Shown here piece after piece: positions 48,754 to 61,599 of a DNA stretch of 64,000 nt. This DNA is from Leucoraja erinacea (lineage: Eukaryota): contig NC_073391.1 in the NCBI RefSeq assembly GCF_028641065.1, forward strand, positions 23,994,001 to 24,058,000, read 5' to 3'. Numbering within the stretch: position 1 is the first letter of the stretch; the number at the start of each line of letters is the position of its first letter. Below the pieces are notes generated by a model. It searched no databases, was not told where the DNA came from, and was given only the letters and a program-made list of their open reading frames with translations. A program made the position numbers and the translations under genes.

Positions 48754-49593
48754 TTCCGGTAGGCGGCGCGACTCTCGTCAGCAGCGGCCTCTGCAGCCCG
48801 TCCGCGTTTTTATTATTTTTGTCTATGTTTCTGTGTAGTTTTTGTTATTTTTTGTTGGGGTGTGTGTGTGGGGGGGTGGGAGGGAGGGGGAAACTTTTAA
48901 ATCTCTCCCTGCACGGGAGACCCGACCTTTTCTTGTCGGGTCTCCGTTATCGTTGGGGCTGCAACGAGGTGCGGCCTCCAACAGGAGAAGACCGGGAACT
49001 CTGGTGCCGACGACTCACCGTCACTGTCGCGGGGCTGGCCGAGTCCGGAGCGGGTGGAGCGGTGGAGGAGCGCTGCTGCTGCTGCTGCTGCTGCTGCGGC
49101 CCGAGGAGGAGGAGGCTGCTACTGCGGGTCTGCGGACGGCGGCACCGGGAGCCCGCGGGTCCCTGGAGGGAGACCGCTTTTCAGGGCTCTCGCAATGGCG
49201 ACTTCTCCCGCCCGAGTTGGGGGTCGAAGAGCTCCTTGGGGGCTGACATCACGTTCGCGCGGCTTGGATGGTGCGGGACCTGATTGACGCCGGGGGTAAC
49301 ACCAAATTATGCGAGCTCGCACCAGATAGGCTTTAATGGCCGCTTTTTGCCATCGCCAGAGGGGGCTTAGACTTTGAAGCTGACATGTTTGGAGGGGGGG
49401 GGGGGGGGGTTTAGAGGAGCATGCAGTGGAGAGATAAGTTTTTTGGCCTTCCATCACAGCGATGTGATGGATGTTTATGTAAATTATGTTGTGTCTTGGG
49501 TCTATTTGTTTGTAATGTATGGCTGCAGAAACGGCATTTCGTTTGGACCTCAAGGGGTCCAAATGACAATTAAATTGAATCGTATTGTAATTG
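48754..49593 (+). mobile_element. Full-length GC-rich non-autonomous retroelement with TSD
   Basis: 8-bp TSD TAGGACTA (48746-48753 and 49594-49601); starts TTCCGG; ends ATTTCG-TTTGGACC..GGTCCAAA-TGACAATTAAA; inserted in a CR1 tail. Confidence 0.8.
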
Positions 49594-50599
49594 TAGGACT
49601 ATAGATGGGATTAGTGCAGATGATAGTTTGATGGTCATCATGGAAATGGTGGGCCAAATGGCCTGTTTCTGCACTGTCTGTCTCTATAATTATCACTATA
49701 ATGGAACAAAAGTATTAAACCAAAAACAAATGCACTTCAAAATTATGTGTACAATGTCAGTAGTGATGCTTGATTTATTTGTTTTTCATATGAGGTACTG
49801 ATTGTGGATGATCAGCCATGATCACAGTGAATGGTGGTGCTGGCTCGAAGGGCTGAATGCTTACTCCTGCACCTATAGTCTATTGTTTATAATTCTTGTA
49901 ATTGCAGGATGATATAATATCACTTGCATCTGGTGCAGAGGGTTCAAAGGGAATTTGTGGACCTTTTTAAAGCTTTGACGTCTTCAACTTCAAGTTGTAT
50001 GTATTTTAGGCAATAATGAATTACACGTATGTGTATTATATTTGCTTGCAACTGTAGCTGTTCATTCAGCTAGCTTGTAGACAAAAGAGGTGATCTTTTA
50101 ACCAGAGAAGGCAAATATCACTGCAAATAGTTGCATAACAGGCAATATTTTGCATGTAGTTAAAACATCCACTGCTCTATCAGCAAAGCCTTAGTGACCA
50201 GAGATTAACTGTTTGAGATTAGTGATTAGATCCCATGTAGCAAGCAAATCCATGTCCAATTTGAAGAATTAAAATTGTAGGTGGTTTAATGCACCCAATA
50301 AAAAAATGGCCCAGGACATATGTAAAGATGAAAATCTAAGCTAAAAAGCAAAGCAAAAATGGAAACACTGGAAACCTGAAACAGCAACAAATATTGCTGT
50401 ATATATTCAGCATAATATGGTAAATTCTAACCTCTTTTGTAAACAGGGTCTGGTTTCTCAGCTTCTATATCTGCAATGCGATTGTGGGAGATGTGTTAAT
50501 CTCTTAGAAACTTAATTCTTTCAGACTGGAGCCCAATTATCTTTGTTATCTGTGCTGTCTGAATATCAATAACCATTGACCAGTGGAAGTGGTTGGAAA

Positions 50600-51258
50600 G
50601 AATGTTGGCATGTTGGCCTTCATAACAAGAGGAGTCGAACATAGGAGCAACGAGGTCCTTCTGCAGTTGTACATGGCCCTAGTGAGACCACACATGGAGT
50701 ATTGTGAGAGCACACCTGGAGTGCAGTTGTGGTCCAAATTTGAGAAAGGGCATCCTTGCTATTGAGGGAGTGCAGCGTAGGTTCACAAGGTTAATTCCCG
50801 GGATGGCGGGATTGTCATATGTTGATAGAATGGAGCGACTGGACTTGTATACACTGGAATTTAGAAGGATGAGAGGGCTCTTATTGAAACATATAAGATT
50901 ATTAAGGGATTGGACACGCCAGAGGCAGGAAACATGTTCCAAATGTTGGGGGAGTCCAGAACGAGGGCCACAGTTTAAGAATAAGGAGTAGGCCATTTAG
51001 AGTAGAGATGAGGAAAAAGTTTCTCACTCAGAGAGTTGTGAACCTGTGGAATTCTCTGCCTCAGAATGCAGTGGAGGCCAATTCTCTGGATGCTTTCAAG
51101 AGAGAGTTAGATAGAGCTCTTAAAGATAGCGGAGTCAAGGGATTTGGGGAGAAGACAGGAACGGGGTACTGATTGGGGATGATCAACCATGATCACAGTG
51201 AATGGCTGTGCTGGCTCGAAGGGCCGAATGGCCTACTCCTGCACCTATTGTCTATTGT
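50600..51258 (+). mobile_element. CR1 LINE 3' fragment (young)
   Basis: GMLAFITRGVE, LYMALVRPHMEYC and VQRRFTRLIPGM; intact 3' UTR ending cctattgtctattgt. Confidence 0.88.
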
Positions 51259-52177
51259 CCTGATGCAGTTTGATTTTGTTGTGCTGTATTGAACCTAGGA
51301 ATTCATGTAGGGACATGCACTGGCAGACTTTTCTCCCCACTCCCCAATGTCAGCTGTTGGGGGAATTGGAAGACCACTTTGGGATATTCCTACCTTTGCA
51401 TCTATTTACAAGAGTGGAAACAGGAAATGTCCCGTTTGAGGCCATCTACTGCTGTGAGGTCATTGAACCTAGATTCTGTAAATTGATGAATTACAAGATA
51501 TTGAGCGAAAATCCCAGTGCTACAGGAACTCAAAGGGTCAGGCAGCATCTGCGGAGGGAAATGGACAGGTGATGTCTCAATTCTTCTTCAAACAGGGGTT
51601 TACCTTTTTGTTTAAGATTCCAGGTCTGCAGTCTCTTGCGGCTCCAAGTAAAATACTTTTTTTTTTAAAGGCTATTTGAATTTCCTGGATGTAGCGGATA
51701 GATTTATGAGGTTGTCTAATGTAGATTTGTCAACTAATCTATAGCTACCTGGATTTGGGACATAGCTTCCTGGATTGGGGTATGGTTTCTATTCTTGAAG
51801 ATAAATAAAAGGGTTTTGCTCTCCAATTAAAAAATGTTAGAAATCTGAAATAAAAGTAGAAAATGCTGGAAACATTCAACATATCAAGCAACATCTGTAG
51901 GAAAATAGAATAAACAATCCAGATCAAAGAGATCAGTCTGAAGAAGGATCTCAACCCGAAATGTCACCCTATTCCTTCTCTCCAGAGATGCTAACTGTCC
52001 TGCTGAGTTACTCCAGCATTTTGTGTCTATAAAAGAGATCAAAGATCCTTTGTCAGAAGACATTTTATTTCTGCGTGCTCATGCCGAGCTCCAGCACTTT
52101 CCCGCTGACTGGTTAGCACACAACAAAAGCTTTTCATTGTAACTCAGTACATGTGGGAGTAAACTAAACTAAACTCA

Positions 52178-52520
52178 TGTATAAAGTCATGAGAGGAATA
52201 GATCTGGTAGATGCACTTTTCCAGAGTAGGTGAATCGAGGATCAGAGGACATAAGTTTAAGGTGAAGGATAAAGGATAATCTGAGTGGTATGTTTTTCAC
52301 ACAAAGAGTGGTGATTGTACGGAACAAGTTTCCAGAGGAGGTAATTAAGGCAGGGACTATCCCAACATTTAAGAAACAGGCACATGAATAGGACAGGTTT
52401 GGAGGGATATGAACCAAATGTGACAGGTGGGACTAGTGTAGCTGGGACATGCTGGGGGTGTGGGCAAGTTAGGCCGAAGGGCCTGTTTCCACATTGTATC
52501 ACTCTATGACTCTCTGACTC
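52178..52520 (+). mobile_element. CR1 3' fragment
   Basis: Same 3' motifs and an (ACTCT)-like tail. Confidence 0.7.
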
Positions 52521-54140
52521 TAACTAAATAAACTAAACTGAATAATCATTTGTTTTTAATCAAGATACAAGAAACTGCAGATTATGGAATCTTGAGGGGA
52601 AAAAAATAAACGGTGGAGGACCTCAGTAGGTCAGGCAGCATCATTGGAGAGAATGGACAGACAATGTTTCAGGTCAAGATCCAGAAAGCCAACATCAGTA
52701 TTAAAACTCTTTGGAGCACATGGGCGGTTTTTAGTGATCCAGTTTCTGGTGAACACACTCTGGAAAAACGCACTCTGCTCGCTCATGTTGTGTAGGTGGT
52801 GGAGGCAAGAGGTAGAAATCCCCACATTTGTACAAAGCAATGTTAAGAGATCTATTCCAATCATCCTATTATCTGGAGCATAACTCGGCTGAGAGATTCA
52901 ACTGCTTCACAAAAACCAGAGCATGTTCTGAGATTGAACCTTGGTCATTGGAAGCCATCTTATGTTGTACAGTTGGTAGAACCTCATGTAAGCAGATGAC
53001 TTTATGTTACACGGACTGGTGTCCATTTTGTGTGCTTTAACCTATCAAACGTCTATTAGAATTAAAGATAAATGTGTGAATTTGCACTTTTGTATCTTCA
53101 AAATGACATAATCTTGGTCATATTTCTTGTTCACGAATTCAGCCTGTTCTGGGCTTTTGCAGTCACAGCAACACAGAGCAAGAATGGTTTCAGATTCAGC
53201 AAATGCATCAGAGGGTCCACCGCCCCTCATAGGCAATTAGAATAGATTTTACTTCAAATAAGAAGTATCTTGGAGTGAAATCAAAGTCCTTAAAACCTGT
53301 GCTGTAAACATCAACAATTTAGCTTTCTGGTGTTCCTTGGTAGTAAGATATTGCCGAGCACCATCTTTAAAGTAGGGAGTTTCTTGTGAAAGAAATAAAG
53401 CAAATGGTCTTGTATTTTACGTATCTGGATGCTCTTCAGAAACTGACAGGAATTGAAGAATCTGTAGATAGGCTATTTTTATTCCTTTGAAAACAGAACG
53501 CAGTGCATTTTAAAAGATTGTGAAAGAAATTAAATTCAGGAATAAGAAATAATAAGGAAGCTGCGGGTTACATCATGGCCACTTTATTTCACATCTAGAT
53601 TAGAGTGGGATGCATTACAATAACAACATCTCTGACAATTTGGGGGTTTGATTTGAAAGATTGGGATAAATTTATATTTAACCTGTTCAGTAAAGAAGAA
53701 AAGTATTTTAATTGCACAATACTAAACTATTGATAAGGGAAGTTGTTAAACAATTATACACTTCATAAGTTGTGATAAGAATAAATGAACTAATGTAGAT
53801 TTTCACCTTAAACAATATGATGTATTCTTAAATAAAGGAATGGAAATTATGTAAAGAAGTTTTACTTCTGTTAAAATAATTTATCTATTAACGTTATCGC
53901 AGTCAAACTCCCCAAATTCTTCTTGTGAGCTGATGGTTTAATGGGTTACACTGACTGGTGCAAATTTTGTTTTATTTAATTTGTTAAGATCTGTTCAAAC
54001 CAAAGACAAATGTATGAATTTACATCAGTGTATTTCCAACCAACATCATCTTGGTTATGGGGACACAAGGAACTGCAGGTGCTGGAATCTGTAGAAAAAA
54101 AGTGGTGGAGGAACTCAGCAGGTTAGGTGGCATCTGTGGA

Positions 54141-54695
54141 ATTTATAATGGGGAAACAAGGAAATGGCAGAACAGTTAAACGAGTACTTTGGTTCTGTCT
54201 TCACTAAGGAAGACACTAACTATCCCCCAGAAATATTAGGGGACCAAGGATCTAGTGGGAAGGAGGAACTGAAGGGAATCCACATTAGTCAGGAAATTGT
54301 ATCAGGTAAGCTGTTGGGACTGAAGGCAGATAAATCCCCAGGGCCTGATGGTCTGCATCTCCGGGTTCTCAAGGAGGTGGCCCTATAAAAATTGTGGATG
54401 CATTTGTGATTATTTTCCAATGTTCTCTCGACTCTGGATCAGTTCCTGTGGACTGGAGGTTAGCCAATGTAACCCCACTTTTTAAGAAAGGAGGGAGAGA
54501 GAAAATGGCGTATTATAGACCAGTTAGCCTCACCTCAGTAATGGGGAAGATGCTTGAGTCGATTGTTAAAGATGTTATAGCAACACATTTGGAAACGCAG
54601 TGACAGGATCGGTCCAAGTCAGCATGGATTTATGAAGAAAAATGTTTCTGATGTTGGGGGAGTCCAGACCCAGCGGTCACAGTTTAAGAATAAGG
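54141..54695 (+). mobile_element. CR1 ORF2 internal fragment
   Basis: LNEYFGSVFTKED, KSPGPDGLH and DWRLANVTPLFKKG..YRPVSLTSV. Confidence 0.88.
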
Positions 54696-54699
54696 TTGT

Positions 54700-55440
54700 G
54701 CATAGGATGGTGAGGATGGGAAGGAGATGGGGTGGTGTGGGAGGTATTACCTGAAATTGAAGAATTCAATTGTTCATATCATTGGGTTGAAGCTACCCAA
54801 GCGGAATATAAAGTGTTGTTCTTCCACTTTGCATGCAATCTCACTCTGGCCATGGGTGAGGCACCCTAGGTCATCTGAGATGTCCCCTTTGTTCAGTAAA
54901 TGTGGTTTTCCCCTGCTGTTATAAAAGCCCTCATCGTTGTCTCCACTGTGTCCTGCAGTTCTGTCCTCACCTTTCAGCCAACCAACCTCCTCGTCCAACA
55001 TATCATTCCCAACATTTCCGCCGTCTTCAAAATGATCCTACCACCTGCCACAACTTCCTATCCCCAACCATTTCTGCTTTCCGCAGAGACCACTCCCTCC
55101 ACAACTCCTTGATTTACTCATCTCTGCCTACACAACCCAGCCACTCCAGAGGTTCCTTCCCCTGTAACAACAGGAGATGTAACAACTGTCTCTACACCTC
55201 CTCCTTCATATCCATCCAGTGACCCCAGCAGCCCCCCTCCTCCCACTAGAGGTTCACACGCCCTCTTCAAAACATATCTATTGTATTTGGTGCTCCCAAT
55301 GTGAACTCCTTTACATCAGCGAGACCAAGCGTAGACCAGGTGACCATTTTGCCGAACACTTGCTTTCTCTCCGCCAAGGCCTGTTGGATCTCCCAGTTAC
55401 AAACCGTGTTAACTTCCCTCCCCATTCTCATACAAAAAAT
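54700..55440 (+). mobile_element. Penelope-like element remnant (GIY-YIG endonuclease) with an inverted 5' segment
   Basis: IYCIWCSQCELLYISETKRRPGDHFAEHL (GIY-YIG-like) on +; KVEEQHFIFRLGS on - at 54774-54860, the inverted arrangement typical of PLEs. Confidence 0.8.
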
Positions 55441-55957
55441 ATCACTTGACCATTCTCTCTACTGAGTTCCTCCAACATTTTGTTTGAGCTCATCAACTTG
55501 GGAATAATCGTCAATAAGTTAATTACACTGTTAAAAGGGAATAAACAACAAAACTTTCTAAATTTTCCACGTTCCATAAATCTTCACAATTTCACCAAAT
55601 AAACAATGGAACTACCAGTTGCACCATGGTATAGCTACCAGGGCCACTCTCTTAGAGTACCAAGGGACCTAGGTTCAATCCTGACTTTGGTACTGTTTAT
55701 GTGGAGTTTGCACGGTTGCTCCAGCTCCCTCCTATGTCTCAAAGGCCGCAGTAGGTTAATTGGCTCTGTAAATTTCCCCTGTGTGTAGGTGAATTTGGGG
55801 GGCAGTTGAAGAGAATGTGGGGAAAATAAAAAATGGGCTGAATGTAGGTGTAAATGGGTGAATGAAGGATTGCATGGACTTGACGGGCTGAAGGGCCTAT
55901 TGCCTTGCTGTGTTTCTCTATGAATTTACAGATGTGGCTGCATTATCTACTTATTTC

Positions 55958-56475
55958 GTAATTGTAACCGTAATCGTGATCGTAATTGTAGACGTAATTT
56001 TATTAACCAAGTATGTTTTGCAACATATTGATTTGTCATACAGTCATACCAAAAATACATAAAATTTAACATAACCATCCACCAATAAGGCTCTCCACAT
56101 TCCCCACTGTGATGGAAGGTAAAATGTCGGGGCGATCAAAACTCTGGCGGTTGGAGCACCTGAAGTCGGTCCCCAACTAGGGTCTGCAAGCTCCATGATG
56201 TTGGCCGCAGGCTCCTGTGGTTGCAGCTCCCAAGGTCGATCCCTGGCAAAGGGACCGCCAGCTCTGCGATGCTAGGCTGCAGCGCGGTCGGAGATACGAT
56301 ATGGAAAAAGTTGCATCTCCGTAGGCGAAAGAGATAAAAATGTTTCTCCCACTCCCCACATAATATAAAATTAAATGTTCACTAAAACATACATTTAACA
56401 ACAGACTAAAAATAACAAAGAAGGAACAAAGATGAGACAGACCGTTGGCGTGGCGGCCATTGTTCACACCAACCG
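55958..56475 (-). mobile_element. Non-autonomous retroelement of the GC-rich hairpin family
   Basis: Head ATGGCCGCC, T-rich tract, hairpin at 56289-56321, hexamer-repeat tail. Confidence 0.6.
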
Positions 56476-56589
56476 TTTATAAGACTTGTATAAATTCAGA
56501 ACCACTGGGGCATTGGATGCCTTGGTATTGGTATTGGTTTATTTTTGTCATTGTTGGTTTATATTTAGTCAAAAAGTAAAAGGAAGTAC

Positions 56590-57570
56590 ATGCAAGGTTC
56601 AGAGGATGAAAATAGACAGGGCCTTTGAGGAATATAAAGAAAGAAGCGAAGAACTCAAACAGGCCAAACAAGGTCACAAAAATCTTTGGTCAAGATTAAA
56701 GAAAATCCCAAACAAAGTAAAAACAAAATAACCAGGTGTGGTAAGAGACAGGATAAAGGGAATTGTGCTTCAAAGTCTGTGTTATACCTGAATAAAAACC
56801 AAAGGATAACAGTGAGTAGCGTGGTAATAGCATCAAGGACTTTGAGAGGGGGGGGGGGGGGGGGGTTTGAAGATCATTAAGATAAATAACTGGCGCACTC
56901 TATCCCAGGTTATCTGGAGAAGCAAGAATGCAGAATGCAGGAATTGTGATGAAGATACTTGTGTCTTCCCCAGCCACAGGTTCCTAAGGACTGGAGAGTA
57001 GCTAATGTTCCTTTATTTGAGAAGGATAGTATAGAAAAACAGGGATCAGAAGCTAGTGAGCCTCACTTCACTGGTAGAGAAACTATTGGAGAGGATTATT
57101 CGGGATAGGGTTTACTCCCATTTTGAAGAGAATGCCTGAATTAGGGACAGTCAGCCTGGCTTTATATATGGAAGGTCGTGTCTTACTAGCTTCATCGAGT
57201 TTTTTGACAAAGTGATGGAGGTGATAGATAAGGATTGGGTGGTGGATGTTGTCTACAAGAATTTTAATAAGACATTTGATTAAAATCCCTCATGGTAAGC
57301 TGATCCATAAATTAATGTGCAAGGATTAGAAGATGGAGGATTGTGGTGGAAGGATAATGTTCAGACAGGAGGTCTGTACCAGTGGAATTACACAGGGATC
57401 TGTGCTGGGACCACTGTTGTTTGTGATATAAATAAATGACTTGGACATAAACATAGACAGGTTGGTTAGTGAGTTTGCAGATGAAACCAAGGTTTCTGAG
57501 GTTGTGGACTGTGAGGAAGGCTGTTAACGTATACAGTGGGATACAGATATGGGCAGAGAAATGGCATATT
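56590..57570 (+). mobile_element. Degenerate CR1 ORF2 fragment
   Basis: GRSCLT, VDVVY, QGSVLGPLLFVIYINDLD and FADET read by eye. Confidence 0.8.
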
Positions 57571-58314
57571 TCATAATTCATACTTCCATTTCTTACATGC
57601 TTACGTGTTGAGTGTTTCTGTAGTACCAGTTCCTCTCAAGAGAAGAGAGAGAGCTTATTAGCCTCTCTCCTCGCCCATGGTGAAAGGAGAAATAATTAGA
57701 TGTTTATTATTAGATGTCAACTGCAGCCAGTCGAGCAAAAATAGTTTTGGACCACAGTGACCCTTTATAGACTCAACAGCCAAATGATCATCTTGGCTTG
57801 TTCAAGAGAGAAGCTGAGCAAGCAAACTGTTTTAAAGAGAAGAAGCTATTAGCAAGAATATACGAATGAACCTACCCATATCAGCAGCAAATTATATTGT
57901 AGCGTATGGTAATGTTTGATGCATGGGAAAATATAATTGGAATGTGATGTTGTAGATTCAGCTTGTCAGATCATAAATTCAAAGTAGCCAAGCTTTCACA
58001 GATTGTTTTTGAAATGCACAGTGGGTGGGAGAAACAACATTAGGTGGCATGCACAGAGAAAATTACTTTACATTCCATAATAAACTGATATGTGGTACCT
58101 CCATCTCCACTGAATTCAAAGGAATTATTTAAAAATTTGCCTTTTTCTGCTGAATGTGACAGTCAATTTCAGTGTACACGTTACGGGGAAACAGTTGTTG
58201 AGAAAGTGTGAAAGGAAGGGTATTTGTTTGGTTGGTTTTTCTTTAAGGAACCATATATTTTAAAAAAATTAGCGAGGGCGCCAACCATTTTGCCATCCAA
58301 GCCAAGACTTTACA

Positions 58315-58600
58315 TTAGACCTTGGAGATACAGTGTGAAAACAGGCCCTTTGGCCCACCATACATTATCACTATCCTACACACTATGGACAATTTACAAT
58401 TTTACCAGAGCCATTTAACCTCCAAACCTATACGCCCTTGGAGTGTGGGAAAAAGCCGAAGCACCCGGAGAAAACCCATGTGGTCACAGGGAGAATGTAC
58501 AAACTCCATACAGACAAGGCCCATTGTCAGGAAGGATTGAACCCGGGTCTCTGACATTGTAAGCAGCAACTTACTGTGCCGTGCCACTGTCCCACCCCAA
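58315..58600 (-). mobile_element. tRNA-derived SINE (V-SINE/HE1-like)
   Basis: Minus strand GGGGTGGGACAGTGGCACGG..GGTTCAATCC. Confidence 0.7.
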
Positions 58601-60234
58601 GCTTGATTAAAAAATTCACTTTACAACAGTGACTTTGTGATGACACTAAATATCCATGCACTTTGTGATCATATTTTGTCCATATAGTCAAGAGTAAAGA
58701 GTTTAATTGTCATATGTACCGACACACAAAAATCTTCATATTTGCAGCCACGTAACCGACTGGTAAACACAGTACACATGGATAATATATAATAAGCAAT
58801 AATTCATAAATTAATAAGCCCAGTATAAGTCCAGTGCTAGGTTCATCTTCTGCAGTGTTCAACAGCATGATGGTTGTTTGGAAGAAGCTATTCTTGAATG
58901 TGATGTCATGTGACTCCTGCACCTCTTCCCAATGGTAGGAGTGAAAATTTGAATGGAAAAAATAGCAAATGATTACCCACTCAATTGAATTGAACAGTTG
59001 TTTAGTATGTGAGATCATTTGGCTTTGTATAAATATATACCATCTTATTTGGATTCACTGGAAGTCATAGAGTGATACAGCATGGAAACGGGCTCTTCGG
59101 CCCAACTTGCCCACACCGGCCAACATGCCCCAGCGACACTAGTCCCACCTGCCTGCATTTGATCCATATTTCTCCAAACCTGTCCTATCCATGTACCTGT
59201 CTAACTGTTTCTTAAACATTAGGATAGTCCCAGCCGCAACTACCTCCTCTAACTCAGACCCTCTAGTCCTGGCAACGTCCTCGGAAGCATTCCTACTTCT
59301 GATTCAGAGTGCATTGTCTTAGCTTCTCCCCAGCACAAGGATAGGTCCAAGCTGAAACTTCAGTATAATAATGAGTGGGTGCTGCATTGCTTTAAATACC
59401 ATACTAAATGGAACATAGAACAGTACAACACAGGAACAGGCCCTTCGGCCCACAATGTCCATGTCGAACATGATGCCAAGTTAAACTTCTCTGCCTGCAC
59501 ATGATCCATATCCGTCCATTCCCTACATGCCCAACTAAAAGACTATACACCTACTTAAAAGTAGCTACCTAGCAAGAATAGCTTTGATTCTATCTGCTGA
59601 GATTAACGGTGATAAAGTAAATTTCATGGTAGTTTTAGAAGTATTTCAGGAAAGATGTTCTTGCCAATTTTTATCTTATATTAACAGTATCATTAAACGC
59701 ACATTGAATGGTCATTTATCCTCTTGCTGTTGTGAGATCTTGTGTTCTAATTAGTTCCTCTGTTTGTCTGAATGGCAATTGTGAGTACATTTCAGAAGTA
59801 ATTAATTGGCCAGTAAGTCAGTGAGACATCCTGAGGACATGAAATATAAATGCAAGCTCATTCTTTTTTTCTTTCTAAGTGTGACCTGCATTGTTTAATT
59901 GAAGTCTTGACCCGTACTCAGGCTGTGCTGAGGGAAGCTTGCATGCAGCTGGATCATTGCAGCCATAATGAGTTCAAACCTGGGTTTCAGGGCCAGCATG
60001 GAGAAGCAATATGCCTGCAGACCCAGAAATACACCTCGGGCTTCATTTAAAATTGTCTCAGCCACGTTGTCAGCAAAATGCGCTAGGAACTTGTGCTTGC
60101 CAGTGGTGACCTGTGAAAGCAGGTAGGATTGACTGCTGGGACTGTTAAAATTATTAATTTGTTAATTGTTAAAATTACAACTTTGAGGAAGGAAAAGGTG
60201 GGTGGGAAAGGGACCGTTTAATAATTGCATTTGG

Positions 60235-61105
60235 TTTAGGTTTAGGTTTATTATTGCCACGTGTACCGAGGTACTGTGAGGTGCCACGTGGCGGTGGCCT
60301 TCCCGAGGTACCGCACAGTGTAGGCCTTCCCGAGGAGCCTGCCTGGAGGCTCGTAGGTCGGCGGAGCCCACCTGGAAGGCTTGTCAGTCGGCAGGACTTT
60401 GCCTGAACGTTTGTCGGTCAGAGTGACCAGAAACGCGCCTGAAGACTTGTCGGGGCTCGCCTGAAGTGTCATTGATCGATGGGACCAGAAGGCAGCTGGA
60501 GACATTGGGTGCTAGGAGCAAGGGCTGAACCGGGGTATTACCTTCAGCGCCTTCTAGGTCGGCTGCAGGAGGCAACCTCGGGACACTAAAGTGGCCAGGC
60601 GAGGAGAGGAGAGGGACATTGTTTTGCAGGAACATCTCCAGTTCATCGAGCGCACGAGTTGACCAGGCTTTGAATAATGGCGCCTAAAATGACAGCGCCA
60701 GCACGTGTAATATATGCACAAAGAATTTCACTGTGCAGTTACATATGTGACAAATAACACACGATTGAAAAGGTTTGTTTTGCATGCTATCCAATCAGAT
60801 CAGATAACACAATATTAAATACAATCAAGTCAAACTCCTAGATCAAGTAGATCAAAGGGGAAGATCCAGTGGGCAGAATATAATTCTCAGCAATATAGTG
60901 CGCCAGTCCGTGGACAAAGTCCAATGATCGCAAAGGGGTAGAGATGAATCGGACACCACCCTAGCTAATGGTCGGACCATTCAGAAGCCTGATAACAGAA
61001 GAGAGGAATGTGTTCCTGAGTCTCGCAGTACACGCTGACAAGCTTCCATAGCTTCTGCCCGACAGGAGCAGGGAGAACAAGGAAGTACCAGGGTGGAGCA
61101 AGTCT
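60235..61105. mobile_element. Minus-strand Rex1/Babar 3' fragment with a plus-strand GC-rich element (~60280-60765) nested in it
   Basis: tttattattgccacgtgtaccgaggtactgtga resumes at tgaaaaggtttgttttgcatgc; the insert ends ATTTCACTGTG..GTGACAAATAA. Confidence 0.55.
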
Positions 61106-61599
61106 TCCTCTTGATTTCTGTTTCTTGTTTTATTGTATTACCCCCCTCATGTTTTTCTATAAACCTTCGATTTTAGTTCTTGCTTTTAACTCCCTTATTG
61201 TCATTCTAATACTCAAGGCTTTCGTCTTTCAAATACTATTTGTGCTGCATGAAACAGATTATCTTTGTGCACTTCCAGTCATTTTTCTTAAAATCACAAT
61301 TCCAATTTTCAAAAACACTTTAACAGACTATTAAACCCATTACATACTTCCTTGTGACAGTGCTTAATGTAATTGGATTTTATCAGTTGTCTATCTCCAC
61401 CTTTCATTTTTTCTCGCTCCTATAAGAAGTTACTTTTCCAATTTTGACAAGGTATTTAAACTGTTATTTCTCTGCTTTTGCTGAAAAAACAACGTCTTTA
61501 GTGATCTAATTTTTCAAATATGTATCATTTAATTTCTATCTTTGATTTAAAAAAATCCGAAATAAACTGCTTTATAATTTATCATTCATGGAGCTATAG

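Noticed and set aside
47321-49562. Many long overlapping GC-rich ORFs
   Set aside because: They arise from stop-poor GC-rich repeats and (GCT)n; no recognisable domains and no frame conserved between copies.
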